DNA from: an uncultured Solirubrobacterales bacterium
GTDB lineage: Bacteria > Actinomycetota > Thermoleophilia > Solirubrobacterales > Solirubrobacteraceae
Reading direction: 5' to 3'
Assembly: GCA_963734425.1 (NCBI GenBank)
Contig: CAVTGW010000006.1
Span: forward strand, 124,295-188,294
Length of the DNA: 64,000 nt
The number at the start of each line of letters is the position of its first letter. Positions within the stretch are counted from its first letter, which is position 1. This document shows positions 48,298 to 58,653 of this stretch, one piece after another. The position numbers and the translations under genes were made by a program. The notes under the pieces are model-generated. The model was not told where the DNA came from, ran no database searches, and saw nothing but the letters and a program-made list of their open reading frames with translations.

Positions 48298-51200
48298 TCA
48301 GCGGCGGCGTCCCTGGGCGAAGCTCGTCACGGCCGGCGCGACGGCGCTGAAGTCACTCGCCCGCTCGGGTAGGTCACGCTCAGGCAGGCCGCGCTCGGGG
48401 AGGCGCTTCACATCCGCGAGCTGCCGCTTAGTGGCGCCCAACAGTCCCTCGACGTCCATCCTCGCCACCGAGGTGGCGAGGATGTTGACGGCGCCTGCAC
48501 CCGCTGCATGTCGCTCGAGACGGCCCGTCACGCGCACCAGGGGCTCAGAGCGGATCGTCACCAGCTGGCTCTCATAGAGCGCCGGCGAGACGATGACGTT
48601 GACGGTCCCAAACTCGTCCTCCAGCAGCAGGAAGGTGATGCCCTTGGCAGTGCTGGGACGCTGCCTGGCGATCACCAGCCCTGCGATCTCGAGGATCGAG
48701 CCGGCAGGCCTGTGCTCGAGCTCGGCTACATCGCAGAGACCGCCGGCGCACAGGCGCTCGCGCAGCAGAGCCAGCGGATGGGAAGCGATCGAGACGTTCG
48801 TGGTCAGGTAGTCCGCGAGCATCGCCTCCCAGTCGCTGAGCGCCTGCAGGCGCGGCGGATCGGCCAGCCCCAGCTCCAGCGCCAGCTGCACTCCGCTCTG
48901 CTTGCCGCCCCCCAGCGAGGACTTGGCGATCCCGAGCTGCCACAGCGCGGCGCGGCGCGCATAGGGTCCACCCCCTGCCAGCGCATCGCACGCACCCGAC
49001 CAAGCCAGCCGCTCCAGCGTCTCGCGACTGACCACCCCCGCCCGGGCGGCCAGGTCCTCCAGGCTGATGAACGGCCCCATGGCCTCCCTGGAGGCCACCA
49101 GCGCCTCGGCCGCATCGCCCCTGACGCCCTTCACGTAGCCCAAGCCCAGACGGATCGCTCCTTTCCCGCTCACCGTGCACTGCACGTGGCTGTGGTTGAC
49201 GTCGGCCTGCAGGATCTGGATGCCCCTGCGCTGGGCCTCGTGGATGAGGCTGTCAGGCGCATAGAAGCCCATCGGCTGCTCGTCCAGGAGGGCACAGAGG
49301 AACTCGCTGGGATGGTGGACGCGCAGCCAGGTCGACTGGTAGGCGAGCAGCCCGAAGGCGGCGCCATGCGCCTTGGGGAAGCCGAAGCCCGCAAAGCCAG
49401 CGACCATCTTCCACACCCGCTGCGCCAGCGCCTCGCTCACGTCTGGATGGGTATCCATCGCACCCTCCAGAAATTGCCCCCGCATCCGGTTGATCTCATC
49501 CTCTGAGCGCTTGCGACTCATCGCGCGCCTGAGGCTCTCCGCCTGCCCGGCGCTGAACCCCGCGAAGGCCTTGGCGACGTCGATCACCTGGTCCTGGAAG
49601 ACGATCGTTCCCAGCGTGAACTGCAAGGGCTCCTGGAGTGAGGGGTGCTCGTAGGGGATCTCATACTCGGGATCGACCAGTCGCTTCTGGCGGCGTTCGA
49701 TGTATGGGTTCACCGCCCCGCCGACGATCGGTCCAGGCCTCACGAGCGCGACCTGGACCGTGAGGTCGGCAAGCGATTTCGGCTTGGTGCGACGCAGGGA
49801 GGCCATCTGAGCCCGGCTCTCGATCTGGAAGGTGCCCGTGGTCTCCGCGCTCTTGATGCATTTGAAGGTCTCCTCGTCTTCGAGGGAGATCCGGCTGAGA
49901 TCGACAGGCTCGCCCGAGCGCTCCGCGATCAGATCCATGCAGCGTTCCACGGCGGAGAGCATCCCCAGGCCGAGCAGATCGATCTTCAGGAAGCGCGCAT
50001 CCGCACAGGAGTCCTTGTCCCACTGGACGAGCAGCCTGTCTGCCATCGCCGCCGGCAGAACAGGGCAGCAGTCGATCAGCGGGCGGGTCGAGACGATCAT
50101 CCCTCCCGAGTGCTGGGAGAGGTGTCTGGGCAGACCATACGCCTCCTGGGCGAGCACCAGGAGCCATGGCCAGCGCCCCGAGCGCAGGCGCTCCTTGCCC
50201 AGGATGGCCCGCACCGAGCCTCCGAGCCCTCCTGGCCCTCCCCAGGTGTCGGCGCTGCGTGCGACACGCTCGATCTCGCCAGGAGGCAGCCCCAAGACCT
50301 TGCCCAGCTCGCGGATCGAGCTTCTCGCTCTGAAGGTGGGAAATGCCGCCACCAGAGCGGAGTGCTCGCGCCCGTAGCGGGCGTGGATCCTCGGGATCAG
50401 CCGCTCCCTGATGTCCCTCGGGAAGTCGAGGTCGATGTCTGGCAGAGATTTGATCTCCTCGTGCAAGAAGCGCCCGATCGCCAGCTGCTGCGAGATGGGA
50501 TCGATGTGGGAAAGGCCCGTCAGATAGCAGACGATCGAGGAGACCGAGGAGCCACGGCCCCGGCCAGGCGCGAGTAGGGCGCGCGCGGCCCCACGGCCGC
50601 GAACCTCCAGAGCGACCTCGTGGGCAAGCTCGAAGATCTGATGATGCAGCAGAAAGAAGCCGGCGAGCCTCAGCGCGTCGATCATCGCGAGCTCCTGCTC
50701 CAGCCGCACCTGCGCCTCGTCGTGGTGGCGGCTGCCCGTGGGATAGCGCTCGGCGAAGACCGCCCAGCAGACAGCCGTGAGCTTGCTCATCGCCTCCGGG
50801 TCCTCGGAGCCCGGGTAGCGATATCCCAAGTCCCTGCGAAGGTCGAACCTCAGCGTCTCTGCGAGATGCACGCTCTCGGCGACCGCCTCGGGATGATCCG
50901 CGAAGCGGGCGACCATCGCCTCTGGGCGCGTGAGTACGTGGCTGTGATTGGGCCGGCGCCAGCGCTCGCTCGCGTCCAGCGTCACTCCATGCCTCAGCGA
51001 GACAAATGCATCTCCCAGCAGCGCGCGCGCCTGAGTGTGGGCATGCACGTTCCCCGTGGCCACGGTCCTGACCCCGATCCTGCGGGCGAGCCGCTGGAGT
51101 CTGTGGTTGCGGGCACGGTCGTGGCGGGCATAGGGACGTTGGAGCTCCATGCGCAGGCCCTCTGGCCCGAACGCCTCCAGCAGCTTCCTCAGCCTGTCCT

Positions 51201-51639
51201 CCTCGTGGATGCCATGGTCCGCGCATCCGCTCAGGCAGACCAGGCCCTGCGCGTGCTCCTGCACATGCCCCAGCGAGACACAGGGCTCTCCGGCACGGCG
51301 ACCCGGGCCATCGCGCGTGTGGGCATGGGCGAGTGTCAGCAGACGAGAGAGGTTGCGCCACCCCTGCCGATCGCGCACCAGGAGCGTGATGTGTCGCGGG
51401 GCGTCTGGAGCTGGGACGCCGACCGTCACCTCGGCCCCGAAGATCGGCCTCAATTTCGCACCCTGGGCGGCCATCGCCAGCTCCATTGCCCCCGAGAGGG
51501 AATCGTGGTCGGTGAGCGCAAGCTGGCTGTGGCCAAGCTCGGCAGCGCGGCCGGCCAGCTCCTGCGGCAGCGAGGCGCCATCCAGGAATGAGTAGGCCGA
51601 GTGGCAATGCAACTCCACGTATGGCGGGGTCCCCTCCAT
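48298..51639 (-). CDS. dnaE2: Error-prone DNA polymerase III alpha (DnaE2)
   Basis: ELHCHSAYSFLDGAS, PDIDLDF, QHSGG, KIDLLGLGML, GFPKAH, DEQPMGFY, FLLLEDE. Confidence 0.93.
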   Translation of the reverse strand: MEGTPPYVELHCHSAYSFLDGASLPQELAGRAAELGHSQLALTDHDSLSGAMELAMAAQGAKLRPIFGAEVTVGVPAPDAPRHITLLVRDRQGWRNLSRLLTLAHAHTRDGPGRRAGEPCVSLGHVQEHAQGLVCLSGCADHGIHEEDRLRKLLEAFGPEGLRMELQRPYARHDRARNHRLQRLARRIGVRTVATGNVHAHTQARALLGDAFVSLRHGVTLDASERWRRPNHSHVLTRPEAMVARFADHPEAVAESVHLAETLRFDLRRDLGYRYPGSEDPEAMSKLTAVCWAVFAERYPTGSRHHDEAQVRLEQELAMIDALRLAGFFLLHHQIFELAHEVALEVRGRGAARALLAPGRGRGSSVSSIVCYLTGLSHIDPISQQLAIGRFLHEEIKSLPDIDLDFPRDIRERLIPRIHARYGREHSALVAAFPTFRARSSIRELGKVLGLPPGEIERVARSADTWGGPGGLGGSVRAILGKERLRSGRWPWLLVLAQEAYGLPRHLSQHSGGMIVSTRPLIDCCPVLPAAMADRLLVQWDKDSCADARFLKIDLLGLGMLSAVERCMDLIAERSGEPVDLSRISLEDEETFKCIKSAETTGTFQIESRAQMASLRRTKPKSLADLTVQVALVRPGPIVGGAVNPYIERRQKRLVDPEYEIPYEHPSLQEPLQFTLGTIVFQDQVIDVAKAFAGFSAGQAESLRRAMSRKRSEDEINRMRGQFLEGAMDTHPDVSEALAQRVWKMVAGFAGFGFPKAHGAAFGLLAYQSTWLRVHHPSEFLCALLDEQPMGFYAPDSLIHEAQRRGIQILQADVNHSHVQCTVSGKGAIRLGLGYVKGVRGDAAEALVASREAMGPFISLEDLAARAGVVSRETLERLAWSGACDALAGGGPYARRAALWQLGIAKSSLGGGKQSGVQLALELGLADPPRLQALSDWEAMLADYLTTNVSIASHPLALLRERLCAGGLCDVAELEHRPAGSILEIAGLVIARQRPSTAKGITFLLLEDEFGTVNVIVSPALYESQLVTIRSEPLVRVTGRLERHAAGAGAVNILATSVARMDVEGLLGATKRQLADVKRLPERGLPERDLPERASDFSAVAPAVTSFAQGRRR

Positions 51640-51659
51640 CAGAGCGCCTCAAGAGCGCC

Positions 51660-51947
51660 TCATGAGCGCTGGGCGAACCACTCGCCGGAGCGCAGATCGT
51701 GGAAGACGACGAGATTGCCTCCTCGTGCGCCAACCACCTCCCAGTAGCGGCGCCGCAGCGGACGCTCGGCCCACCAGCGATCCTCCACCAGCCAGGACTC
51801 CCGCACCAGCTCGACCTGCTCGCCACCGATCTGCAAGGGGACCCCACCGGGACCTGTGCGCACCTTGGCCGGGCGAGGCAGGTTGAGCGCGCGGACGCCC
51901 CGCTGAAAGCGCCTTTGACCGATCTGCCAGCGAGTCTCAGCCTTCAA
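51660..51947 (-). CDS. Small hypothetical protein between imuB and dnaE2
   Basis: V..VRESWLVEDRWW...RRYWEV, a pattern I recall from actinobacterial dnaE2 cassettes; start uncertain. Confidence 0.65.
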   Translation of the reverse strand: MKAETRWQIGQRRFQRGVRALNLPRPAKVRTGPGGVPLQIGGEQVELVRESWLVEDRWWAERPLRRRYWEVVGARGGNLVVFHDLRSGEWFAQRS

Positions 51948-53121
51948 ACGGCGTGAGCACCACCCGCCGCTCGGGCACACGTGAGGCGCCGTCGACGCAC
52001 ACGGCCTGCAGCGCGCCCTCTGGGCCGGCCACCAGGCGCACCTGGCCGATCGCCCCTCCCAGCCGTGCCCGCTTTAGCGCCTTGCCCTCATCCAGCAACG
52101 CGCCCTGCGCCCCGCCGGGCGGGCCGAAGCGCTCCACCGCTAGGCGCAGGGCCCGTGCCGGCGCAGGGAGCAGCCCCAGGCGCAGGGACAGAGCTAGGCA
52201 CATGCGCCTGCAGTCGGCCAGGGGCTGGCGAAATACGACCTGCTCGCGCCAGGTGCCACCCTCCACCAGCTCGGCGGCCAGCGTCACCGCCCGCACCGTG
52301 CGTCCCCGGCGCTCGGGGCGTGCCAGCAGTCGCTGTACCAGCACCCCCAGGACTCCCTCCAGCGCCGGCCCTGAGCTCGTCTCCCACAGCTCCAGCGACT
52401 CCTCCAGGCGCTCTTCGACGCGGCGCGGACGCAGCGGCTCCTCCTCCCCATGAGCAAGGCGATGGGCGAGGATGCCTGGTTCCCCGAAACGATCGGCCAG
52501 CGCGTCGCGCCCCAGCGCCGCGAGCTCGCCCAGCGTGCGCAACCCCAGCCGCTGCAATGGCTCGATCAGCGGCTGGGTCTGCTCCTGGAAGCGCAGCATG
52601 CTGATGGGTGCAGCGGCAAGCCAGCGGGCGGCCTGCCCGCCATCCACCGCCACAGCGCGGCGTGGGCCGGTTCCCAGCGCCGCTCCCAGAGCGCACAGAC
52701 GCGTCGGACCGCAGCCAATGCGGGCCGGCCTGTCAAGCGCCCTGCGTGCCGCGGCCATGACCATGGCGTCGCTGCCGCCATGCAACCCGCACAACCCGTC
52801 GAGCTCGAAGTAGACGATGCCTGGGCGTGCCTGCTCCACTGCGGCGCCAATGCCTTCCAAGGCTTCCAGCACCCGCTCCCAGGTCTCTGCGACGCCCAGT
52901 GGATCGCCTGGCACGAGGCCCAGGGTGGGGCAGCGCGCCAGTGCCTCGCTCAGGGGCATCCCAGCGGTGATCCCGCACCCTTCCGCGGCTCCTGAGACCT
53001 CGCCCACGCGCGGCTGCGCTCCGGGCGCCGGCGCGATCGCGATCGCTCCACTCGCGAGCGCTCCAGACCCGCCCGTGGCGACCACGAGCTCGAAGCGCGG
53101 GAGGTGAATGCACACGATCAT
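51937..53121 (-). CDS. imuB: ImuB-like inactive Y-family polymerase
   Basis: GMPLSEALARCP, PGIVYFELDGL, LGLRTLGELA; upstream of dnaE2 and downstream of an SOS box. Confidence 0.85.
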   Translation of the reverse strand: MIVCIHLPRFELVVATGGSGALASGAIAIAPAPGAQPRVGEVSGAAEGCGITAGMPLSEALARCPTLGLVPGDPLGVAETWERVLEALEGIGAAVEQARPGIVYFELDGLCGLHGGSDAMVMAAARRALDRPARIGCGPTRLCALGAALGTGPRRAVAVDGGQAARWLAAAPISMLRFQEQTQPLIEPLQRLGLRTLGELAALGRDALADRFGEPGILAHRLAHGEEEPLRPRRVEERLEESLELWETSSGPALEGVLGVLVQRLLARPERRGRTVRAVTLAAELVEGGTWREQVVFRQPLADCRRMCLALSLRLGLLPAPARALRLAVERFGPPGGAQGALLDEGKALKRARLGGAIGQVRLVAGPEGALQAVCVDGASRVPERRVVLTPFEG

Positions 53122-53144
53122 ATGCGAACACATGTTCGCATATG
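53119..53144. promoter_or_regulatory. LexA (SOS) box CGAAC-ACAT-GTTCG within a perfect 11-bp inverted repeat
   Basis: CATATGCGAAC-ACAT-GTTCGCATATG overlapping the imuB ATG. Confidence 0.9.
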
Positions 53145-53154
53145 GAGCGGACTC

Positions 53155-53177
53155 CCGCAAGGTGGCCTGCCTTGCGG
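53155..53177. terminator. 8-bp stem-loop between the mce ATPase stop and the imuB promoter
   Basis: CCGCAAGG-N7-CCTTGCGG followed by T5 on the + strand. Confidence 0.6.
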
Positions 53178-53181
53178 TTTT

Positions 53182-54090
53182 TCAGTCCATACCCAGCGGG
53201 CCGCTCGCCGACCCGCTGAGGAACTGCCTGACGAAGGGGTTCTCCGAGGAGAACATCTTCTCCGCGTTGCCGGCCTCAACGATCCGGCCCTTCCACAGCA
53301 GGGCGATGTATTCACCAATCCTGCGGGCAGAGGCGATGTCGTGAGTGACCACGATGTACGTGCCGCCGAACTGCTGGTGCATCTCTCTGATCAATTCGCA
53401 CAGCAGGGCCGTGCGCACGGGATCGAGCCCCGAGTCGGGCTCGTCGAAGATCACGATGTCCGGTGACATCACCAGCGCCCGTGCGAAGCCCGCACGCTTG
53501 CGCATGCCACCGGAGAGCTGGTTTGGAAAGAAGTTGACCGCCTCGGCAAGCCCTACGTCGCCAAGGCGTTCGGTCACGAGGGATCGAATCTCCCCCTCGG
53601 TTCTGCCCGTGTGCTGGCGCAGCGGGAAGGCGACGTTGTCGAACACGGACATCGATCCGAAGAGGGCGCCATCCTGAAAGAGCACGCCGATCCGGCGGCG
53701 CATCGCCAGCAGTTCGGGCATCGTCATCTTCGGCACCGCTTCGCCATGGATGAGGATTTCGCCGGCGTCGGGGAACATCAGGCCGATCAGATGCTTGATC
53801 AGGACGCTCTTGCCGGTCCCTGACGGGCCGAGGATCACCGTGATCGTGTCATCTGGGATCGAGACGTTGAGTCCGTTCAGCACCGGCACCCCGGCGAGGC
53901 GCTTGACGACACCCCTGCAGTGGATCGACCAGGCGGTATCCCCCTCGACCGCAACCTCCTGATGGGAGTGGTACTGGAACTCCTTTGCACCACCCACGCC
54001 ATCCTCACCAGGCGTCCTGGAGGCGTCGTCGGAGGAGCCATTCAGCTCCTCCCCGGGGGCCTCCTCGTCCATGCCTCTGTCGTTCTCCAT
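53182..54090 (-). CDS. Mce-associated ABC ATPase (MlaF/Mkl/MceG-like)
   Basis: GPSGTGKS, LSGGMRKRAGFARAL, DEPDSGLDP, VTHD. Confidence 0.92.
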   Translation of the reverse strand: MENDRGMDEEAPGEELNGSSDDASRTPGEDGVGGAKEFQYHSHQEVAVEGDTAWSIHCRGVVKRLAGVPVLNGLNVSIPDDTITVILGPSGTGKSVLIKHLIGLMFPDAGEILIHGEAVPKMTMPELLAMRRRIGVLFQDGALFGSMSVFDNVAFPLRQHTGRTEGEIRSLVTERLGDVGLAEAVNFFPNQLSGGMRKRAGFARALVMSPDIVIFDEPDSGLDPVRTALLCELIREMHQQFGGTYIVVTHDIASARRIGEYIALLWKGRIVEAGNAEKMFSSENPFVRQFLSGSASGPLGMD

Positions 54091-54126
54091 GGCGTCGATC
54101 CTAAGCCTTCCTGTGCGCCCCGGCAC

Positions 54127-55635
54127 TCATTTTGTGGCCGGCGTGGCGTGCGGGAACTGGCCCGTTTGGCCGTTGAATGTGAACGGTCCCTGCTGGTTGC
54201 AAGCCGGTGCGCCCACCTGGTTGGAGGTGCTTTCGGTGGAGTTGACGACTTTGACGGCAATGAGTTGTTCGATGATCTTCTGCGGGACGTTGCCACTGGA
54301 ATCCTTCGGGTTGACCGAGGGAGCGGAGTCTGCGCAGGAGCTGTTGCTGTAGACCTGCAGGCCGTTGGCGAGGTTGGCAAAGGAGCCCGGCTGGAAGTAC
54401 GGGTTGGCCCTGTTGTTGCCCGTGCGCTGCGGGTATATCGCGAGAGCTTCGGGGTTGAGCGTGAGCATCGTGCGCAAGTAGTGCTCCTGAGGGCCGGTTG
54501 GGTCATTTTTGTTGACGTCATGAGCCTGGGTGGCAGCGCTCAGGTTGGCGAAGAAGGACTGCAGCTCAGGCACATACTCTCCCGCGAACTGCAGGAACGG
54601 GTCCAGGTTGCGCAGCACGGGAATCGCGTTTTCGAGCAGCGGCTCGGTGAGGCTGAGCTGCTTCTGGATATCCGGCAGGCCTGTCTTGGCGGCCTTCGTC
54701 AGCGGGCCCAGCCCGGTGAGGAAGGAGTTGAACGGGGGCGTGAAGCCCTTTGTCTGCTCCACCAGTGCGGAGAGCTGGCGCTCGACGGGACGCAACTGGT
54801 CGAGCAGGGGGTTCGCATCGGCGGCGAAGCGATCGATGCTGCGCAGCGCAGAGGTCCCGTTGCGCTCGAAGGCGGGCAGTTCTTTGAAGCCGTCGGCGAA
54901 CGCCTGGCCGTTCTGGGCAGCGGCGCTGAAGGCGCGCTCGCCGTTGCTGAGCAGCCCGCTCAGCTCACCCTGGCGTTCGGTCAAGGCGTCGAACACTTCG
55001 CCCGTGCCTTTCACCACCCCCGTGAGCGCTCCCTCCTGGGAGGCAAGGATCGCGACCAGCCTGTTCGCATGTTCAACGAAGGGGTTGAATTCGGCCAGGA
55101 ATGCGTTGATCGATTCACCGCGCCCATTGATGCTCTTGGCGAGCGACTGCGTCCACACATGGAAGGCTTGCCGGACTTCGGGGCTGAACGTGGCGAGAAT
55201 GTCGTCGAGCGTGACCGACGGTTCGACCTGGCTGTTGGGCAGCTGTTCGCCGTCGTGCAGCACAGGAGCGCTCCTGGAGCCGGGGATGACCTGCACGTAG
55301 GTCTCGCCGAGCAGCGTCTTCAGACGCAGGATCACGTGATCGCTCTTGTGCAGAGGCGCATATTTGCTGGCGATTTCCACCGTCACATGGGTGCGACCGT
55401 CTTTGTCCACTTTCATGGAGATGACGTGACCGACTTCCACGCCGCTGATGCGCACATCCGCCTGTTCGGCCAGCGAGAGGGTACGGGTGAAGGCCACCGT
55501 GAAGCGGTAGCCCTTGGGCTTCAGCGGGATCGGCCCACCAAAGGACTCCCACAGGAACAGCAGCAGCCCGAAGCAGCTCAGGGCAAAGAGCAGGATCACG
55601 AGCAGATTGGCAAGCGTGGGGGCGCGCTTCTGCAT
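54127..55635 (-). CDS. MlaD/Mce family protein
   Basis: N-terminal TM; ADVRISGVEVG, KTLLGETYV; long helical region. Confidence 0.9.
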   Translation of the reverse strand: MQKRAPTLANLLVILLFALSCFGLLLFLWESFGGPIPLKPKGYRFTVAFTRTLSLAEQADVRISGVEVGHVISMKVDKDGRTHVTVEIASKYAPLHKSDHVILRLKTLLGETYVQVIPGSRSAPVLHDGEQLPNSQVEPSVTLDDILATFSPEVRQAFHVWTQSLAKSINGRGESINAFLAEFNPFVEHANRLVAILASQEGALTGVVKGTGEVFDALTERQGELSGLLSNGERAFSAAAQNGQAFADGFKELPAFERNGTSALRSIDRFAADANPLLDQLRPVERQLSALVEQTKGFTPPFNSFLTGLGPLTKAAKTGLPDIQKQLSLTEPLLENAIPVLRNLDPFLQFAGEYVPELQSFFANLSAATQAHDVNKNDPTGPQEHYLRTMLTLNPEALAIYPQRTGNNRANPYFQPGSFANLANGLQVYSNSSCADSAPSVNPKDSSGNVPQKIIEQLIAVKVVNSTESTSNQVGAPACNQQGPFTFNGQTGQFPHATPATK

Positions 55636-55636
55636 C

Positions 55637-57148
55637 TCAGTGGCCCTTTCCGATCGCCTTGTTCAGCGCCGTGGAGGCGCCGAACAGCTTCTCCGCCAGG
55701 CTGGCGAGCCGCGTGTTCGCGCTCGCCGTCGCGGTGTGAGCGCTCGCTTTCGCCGACGCCGCTGTCGCGATGGTGGCGATCCCGTGTTCCTTGCACTCGG
55801 TGGGAGTCGGCGCTTTGAGCAGCCCGAGGATCAGGTTGACCTGGGGGTTGACCTTTGCGGCGCCTTCGAGCAGCGGCGTCACTTCGCAGTTGAAGTACAG
55901 GAGCGTGTGGCCCAGCGTGCTGTCCGCGTCGGCGGAGCTGAGCACGCTGTTGAAGTTGTGATTGGCCCAGTCCAAGAAGAACAGGAAGCCGCCCTGGTTG
56001 GGGCCCGGGTTGTAGGCGAGCTCGTTGAAGAATTCGTTGAACACCGAGAAGCCGACCTCGAGATCGGGGAAGGCTTCGGCGAGGTTCTTGGTGGCCGGCG
56101 AGAGCCGATTGACGACGGGCAGGATCTGGCGCGCGAACGGCCTGATCTCGTTCTTGAAGATCGGTGTCGTGGTGCGGAGGAAGGGCTTTGCCTCTTCCTC
56201 CGCCGGCGCAAGTGAATGCGCGAAGGTTTGCAGCTTCGTGAGCGTCGGGCCGACCACGCTGGCGGCAGTGGCCAGCTTGCCGAGGCCTTCCTTGGTCTTG
56301 CTGAGCGCGCCAGGGAGCAGCTGCAGCGTGCTCTGCACACTCTGGTCCTCTTCTCCGAAGCGCTTGAAGACCGCGTTGGAGGCGTCGATTGCCCCGCGGA
56401 GCGCCTGATCCTTGCCGCCCAGCGCGCTGATGAGCAGCTGGAAATTGTGAATCGCGTGTTCGATGTTCACGCTACGGCGCTTGAGCTCGCGGTTGATCTC
56501 CTCCGTGAGGCGCGCGGTGGGATCGAAGCGCTTGAACACGGCCGCCAGATTGCGCCCGTTTTTCCCGAGTCCCTGCGCGCCTGCGGCGAGGAGCTCCTGC
56601 AGGTAGAGGCGCGTTTCGCCGTCGAGGGAGGCAAGGAATTCATCGAGGTTTACGTCGGGCGATGTCTGCGCGAGTGGGATCACTTCTCCGCTGTGCAATT
56701 TTCCACTCGAGGACGTGCCAGGTTCCACCTCGATGATCATGTCCTTGACCTGTGTTTTCGGACGCATCAGCATGGTGGCGTTGTGGTAGATGTACTTCGC
56801 GTACTTGGGTGTCACGTTCATCGTGACCAGAGCGACACCGTTGTGCAGGTCCACGCTGGCGATTTCGCCGACATGAGCACCGGCGATCGTGACCGACTGG
56901 CCCTGCCCGGGGGTGAGCGACTCGCCCGTCGAGAATTCACCCTTCAGCTTGAAGTATTCCTTGCCGAAGATCGGCACCCATCCGGGCACCGCCAAGCGCT
57001 CGTGAGCGAGGATGTAGCCGCCGGTGAATGCGGCTATCACGACCATCGAAACAACAGCTATGAACGCCGTGCGGTAGCGCCTGATCTGGTCGCGTACACC
57101 GCGGCCGGCATCGCGTGCCACTGGTCTATCTGGTGTCTCTGGCGTCAT
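55637..57148 (-). CDS. MlaD/Mce family protein
   Basis: GQGQSVTIAGAHVG, VNLDEFLASLD. Confidence 0.9.
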   Translation of the reverse strand: MTPETPDRPVARDAGRGVRDQIRRYRTAFIAVVSMVVIAAFTGGYILAHERLAVPGWVPIFGKEYFKLKGEFSTGESLTPGQGQSVTIAGAHVGEIASVDLHNGVALVTMNVTPKYAKYIYHNATMLMRPKTQVKDMIIEVEPGTSSSGKLHSGEVIPLAQTSPDVNLDEFLASLDGETRLYLQELLAAGAQGLGKNGRNLAAVFKRFDPTARLTEEINRELKRRSVNIEHAIHNFQLLISALGGKDQALRGAIDASNAVFKRFGEEDQSVQSTLQLLPGALSKTKEGLGKLATAASVVGPTLTKLQTFAHSLAPAEEEAKPFLRTTTPIFKNEIRPFARQILPVVNRLSPATKNLAEAFPDLEVGFSVFNEFFNELAYNPGPNQGGFLFFLDWANHNFNSVLSSADADSTLGHTLLYFNCEVTPLLEGAAKVNPQVNLILGLLKAPTPTECKEHGIATIATAASAKASAHTATASANTRLASLAEKLFGASTALNKAIGKGH

Positions 57149-58653
57149 CCGCCGCTCCCGTCAGCCGGGCCGCTGGCGAGCGGCCCATTGAAGTTCGGCA
57201 GCTGCTGCGTGTAGCAGGGCACCAGGGGCTTGTAGGGCGGCTCGACCGTGGGGAAGCTCGGCCTGGTCCCTTCCGGTTTCAGCACGGCGTGGGCGATCAA
57301 CTTCAGCTGACCGCTGTTGTCAGTGCTGCCGATGATCGACGCAGGCGCGGAGACCAGCGGAGTGCCGCCACCACCCACCACGAAGCGGGTCGACGTGCCG
57401 TTGCCGTCGAAGTTCTGCCCGACGCCGGCAAAGCCGGTCAGCGCGTACCAGAATTCCTTGTAGTCTTCGACGCCAGAGGTGCTGGGGCCGTCCTGGAGCT
57501 TGGTATTGCCGGCCGGGTAGAGCACCTTGGTCAGGCATTGGCTGAACAGGTTCTGCTGGCGGAAGAAGCCCGGCTGGGCCGCGACGAGTTTGGCGAAGGC
57601 GGGGATGCCGGCCTTCAGCCCGGTGGCGACGCCGCCCAATTCGTTGGGGCCGAGCGATGCCTTCACCTGTTCGATCCACGGTTCCGCCGCTGCGATTGTC
57701 GAGGGCGTCTGTTCGATGCCGGGGACGAAGGCCAGCGAGAAGCGCTTGATCGGAGGCAGAGCACTGTTGAGCGCGCTGAAGGCACGGCGCGCATTGCCCA
57801 GCGCTCCCGGCAGCTGGCCGATCGTGGCGCTGAGGCTCGACGATTGAGCGGCGAAATTGTGCAGGAAGCCATCGAGGTTCACCACCCATTCACCCAGCTT
57901 CTGTTCCTCGCCGTTCAACCCTTGAGTGAAGTGGTAGAGCCCGGAGAACAGCTTGGAGATGTCGTGCTGTTCGACGCCGCCAAGCGCCTGGGTCACGATC
58001 GTACCGTCGCGCAGCGCCGCGGGTGCGCGCTGGTAGGACAGTTTGAGCGCTTCGGCGGAGGTCAATCCACGCACTTCCGGTTCCTGTTCGGCGTTTTCCT
58101 TGGGCGTAGCCTTGACTGTGAGCGATTCGCCGAACCCTGAAAGGAATTCCTGCAGGTTCGTTCGGGTGTCGGTGTTCAACGCGTCCAGCAACTGGTCGAT
58201 CTGCACCGAGTCGTAGGTGTGGGTGATCGGAATCTCTTCGCCTTCACGGAACGTCGGCGCCGAGGGGGTGCCAGGCTGCAGTTCCACGTAGAAGTTGCCT
58301 TCGAGGAAGATCCTGGGGCGAATCTTCGCCGTCGCGTCACGATGGATCGGCAGACCGTTGCTTTTGATTTCCATCGTCACCACGCCCGTATTGCCCTGGC
58401 GTTCGATGGAATGCACGATGCCGACAGGGACCCCGGCGATGCGCACCGGCGACTTGGGGTGGATGTTCTGGGCCGATACGAAGTCAGCCTTCAGACGGAA
58501 CTCGTGCGTGTAGGGGATGTGCTTGGTGAAGCCGAAGTAGACGACGATCAGCGTGATCACGACCACGATCAGGCCGAACCGCACCGGTTTGGAGCGCTGC
58601 AGCTCGACGACCGGCGTCTCATCGTGGCTGCGCCACCAGCGCAAGCGTTTCAT
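57145..58653 (-). CDS. MlaD/Mce family protein
   Basis: SPVRIAGVPVG, RPRIFLEGNFYVEL.PG, VQIDQLLDAL. Confidence 0.9.
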   Translation of the reverse strand: MKRLRWWRSHDETPVVELQRSKPVRFGLIVVVITLIVVYFGFTKHIPYTHEFRLKADFVSAQNIHPKSPVRIAGVPVGIVHSIERQGNTGVVTMEIKSNGLPIHRDATAKIRPRIFLEGNFYVELQPGTPSAPTFREGEEIPITHTYDSVQIDQLLDALNTDTRTNLQEFLSGFGESLTVKATPKENAEQEPEVRGLTSAEALKLSYQRAPAALRDGTIVTQALGGVEQHDISKLFSGLYHFTQGLNGEEQKLGEWVVNLDGFLHNFAAQSSSLSATIGQLPGALGNARRAFSALNSALPPIKRFSLAFVPGIEQTPSTIAAAEPWIEQVKASLGPNELGGVATGLKAGIPAFAKLVAAQPGFFRQQNLFSQCLTKVLYPAGNTKLQDGPSTSGVEDYKEFWYALTGFAGVGQNFDGNGTSTRFVVGGGGTPLVSAPASIIGSTDNSGQLKLIAHAVLKPEGTRPSFPTVEPPYKPLVPCYTQQLPNFNGPLASGPADGSGG

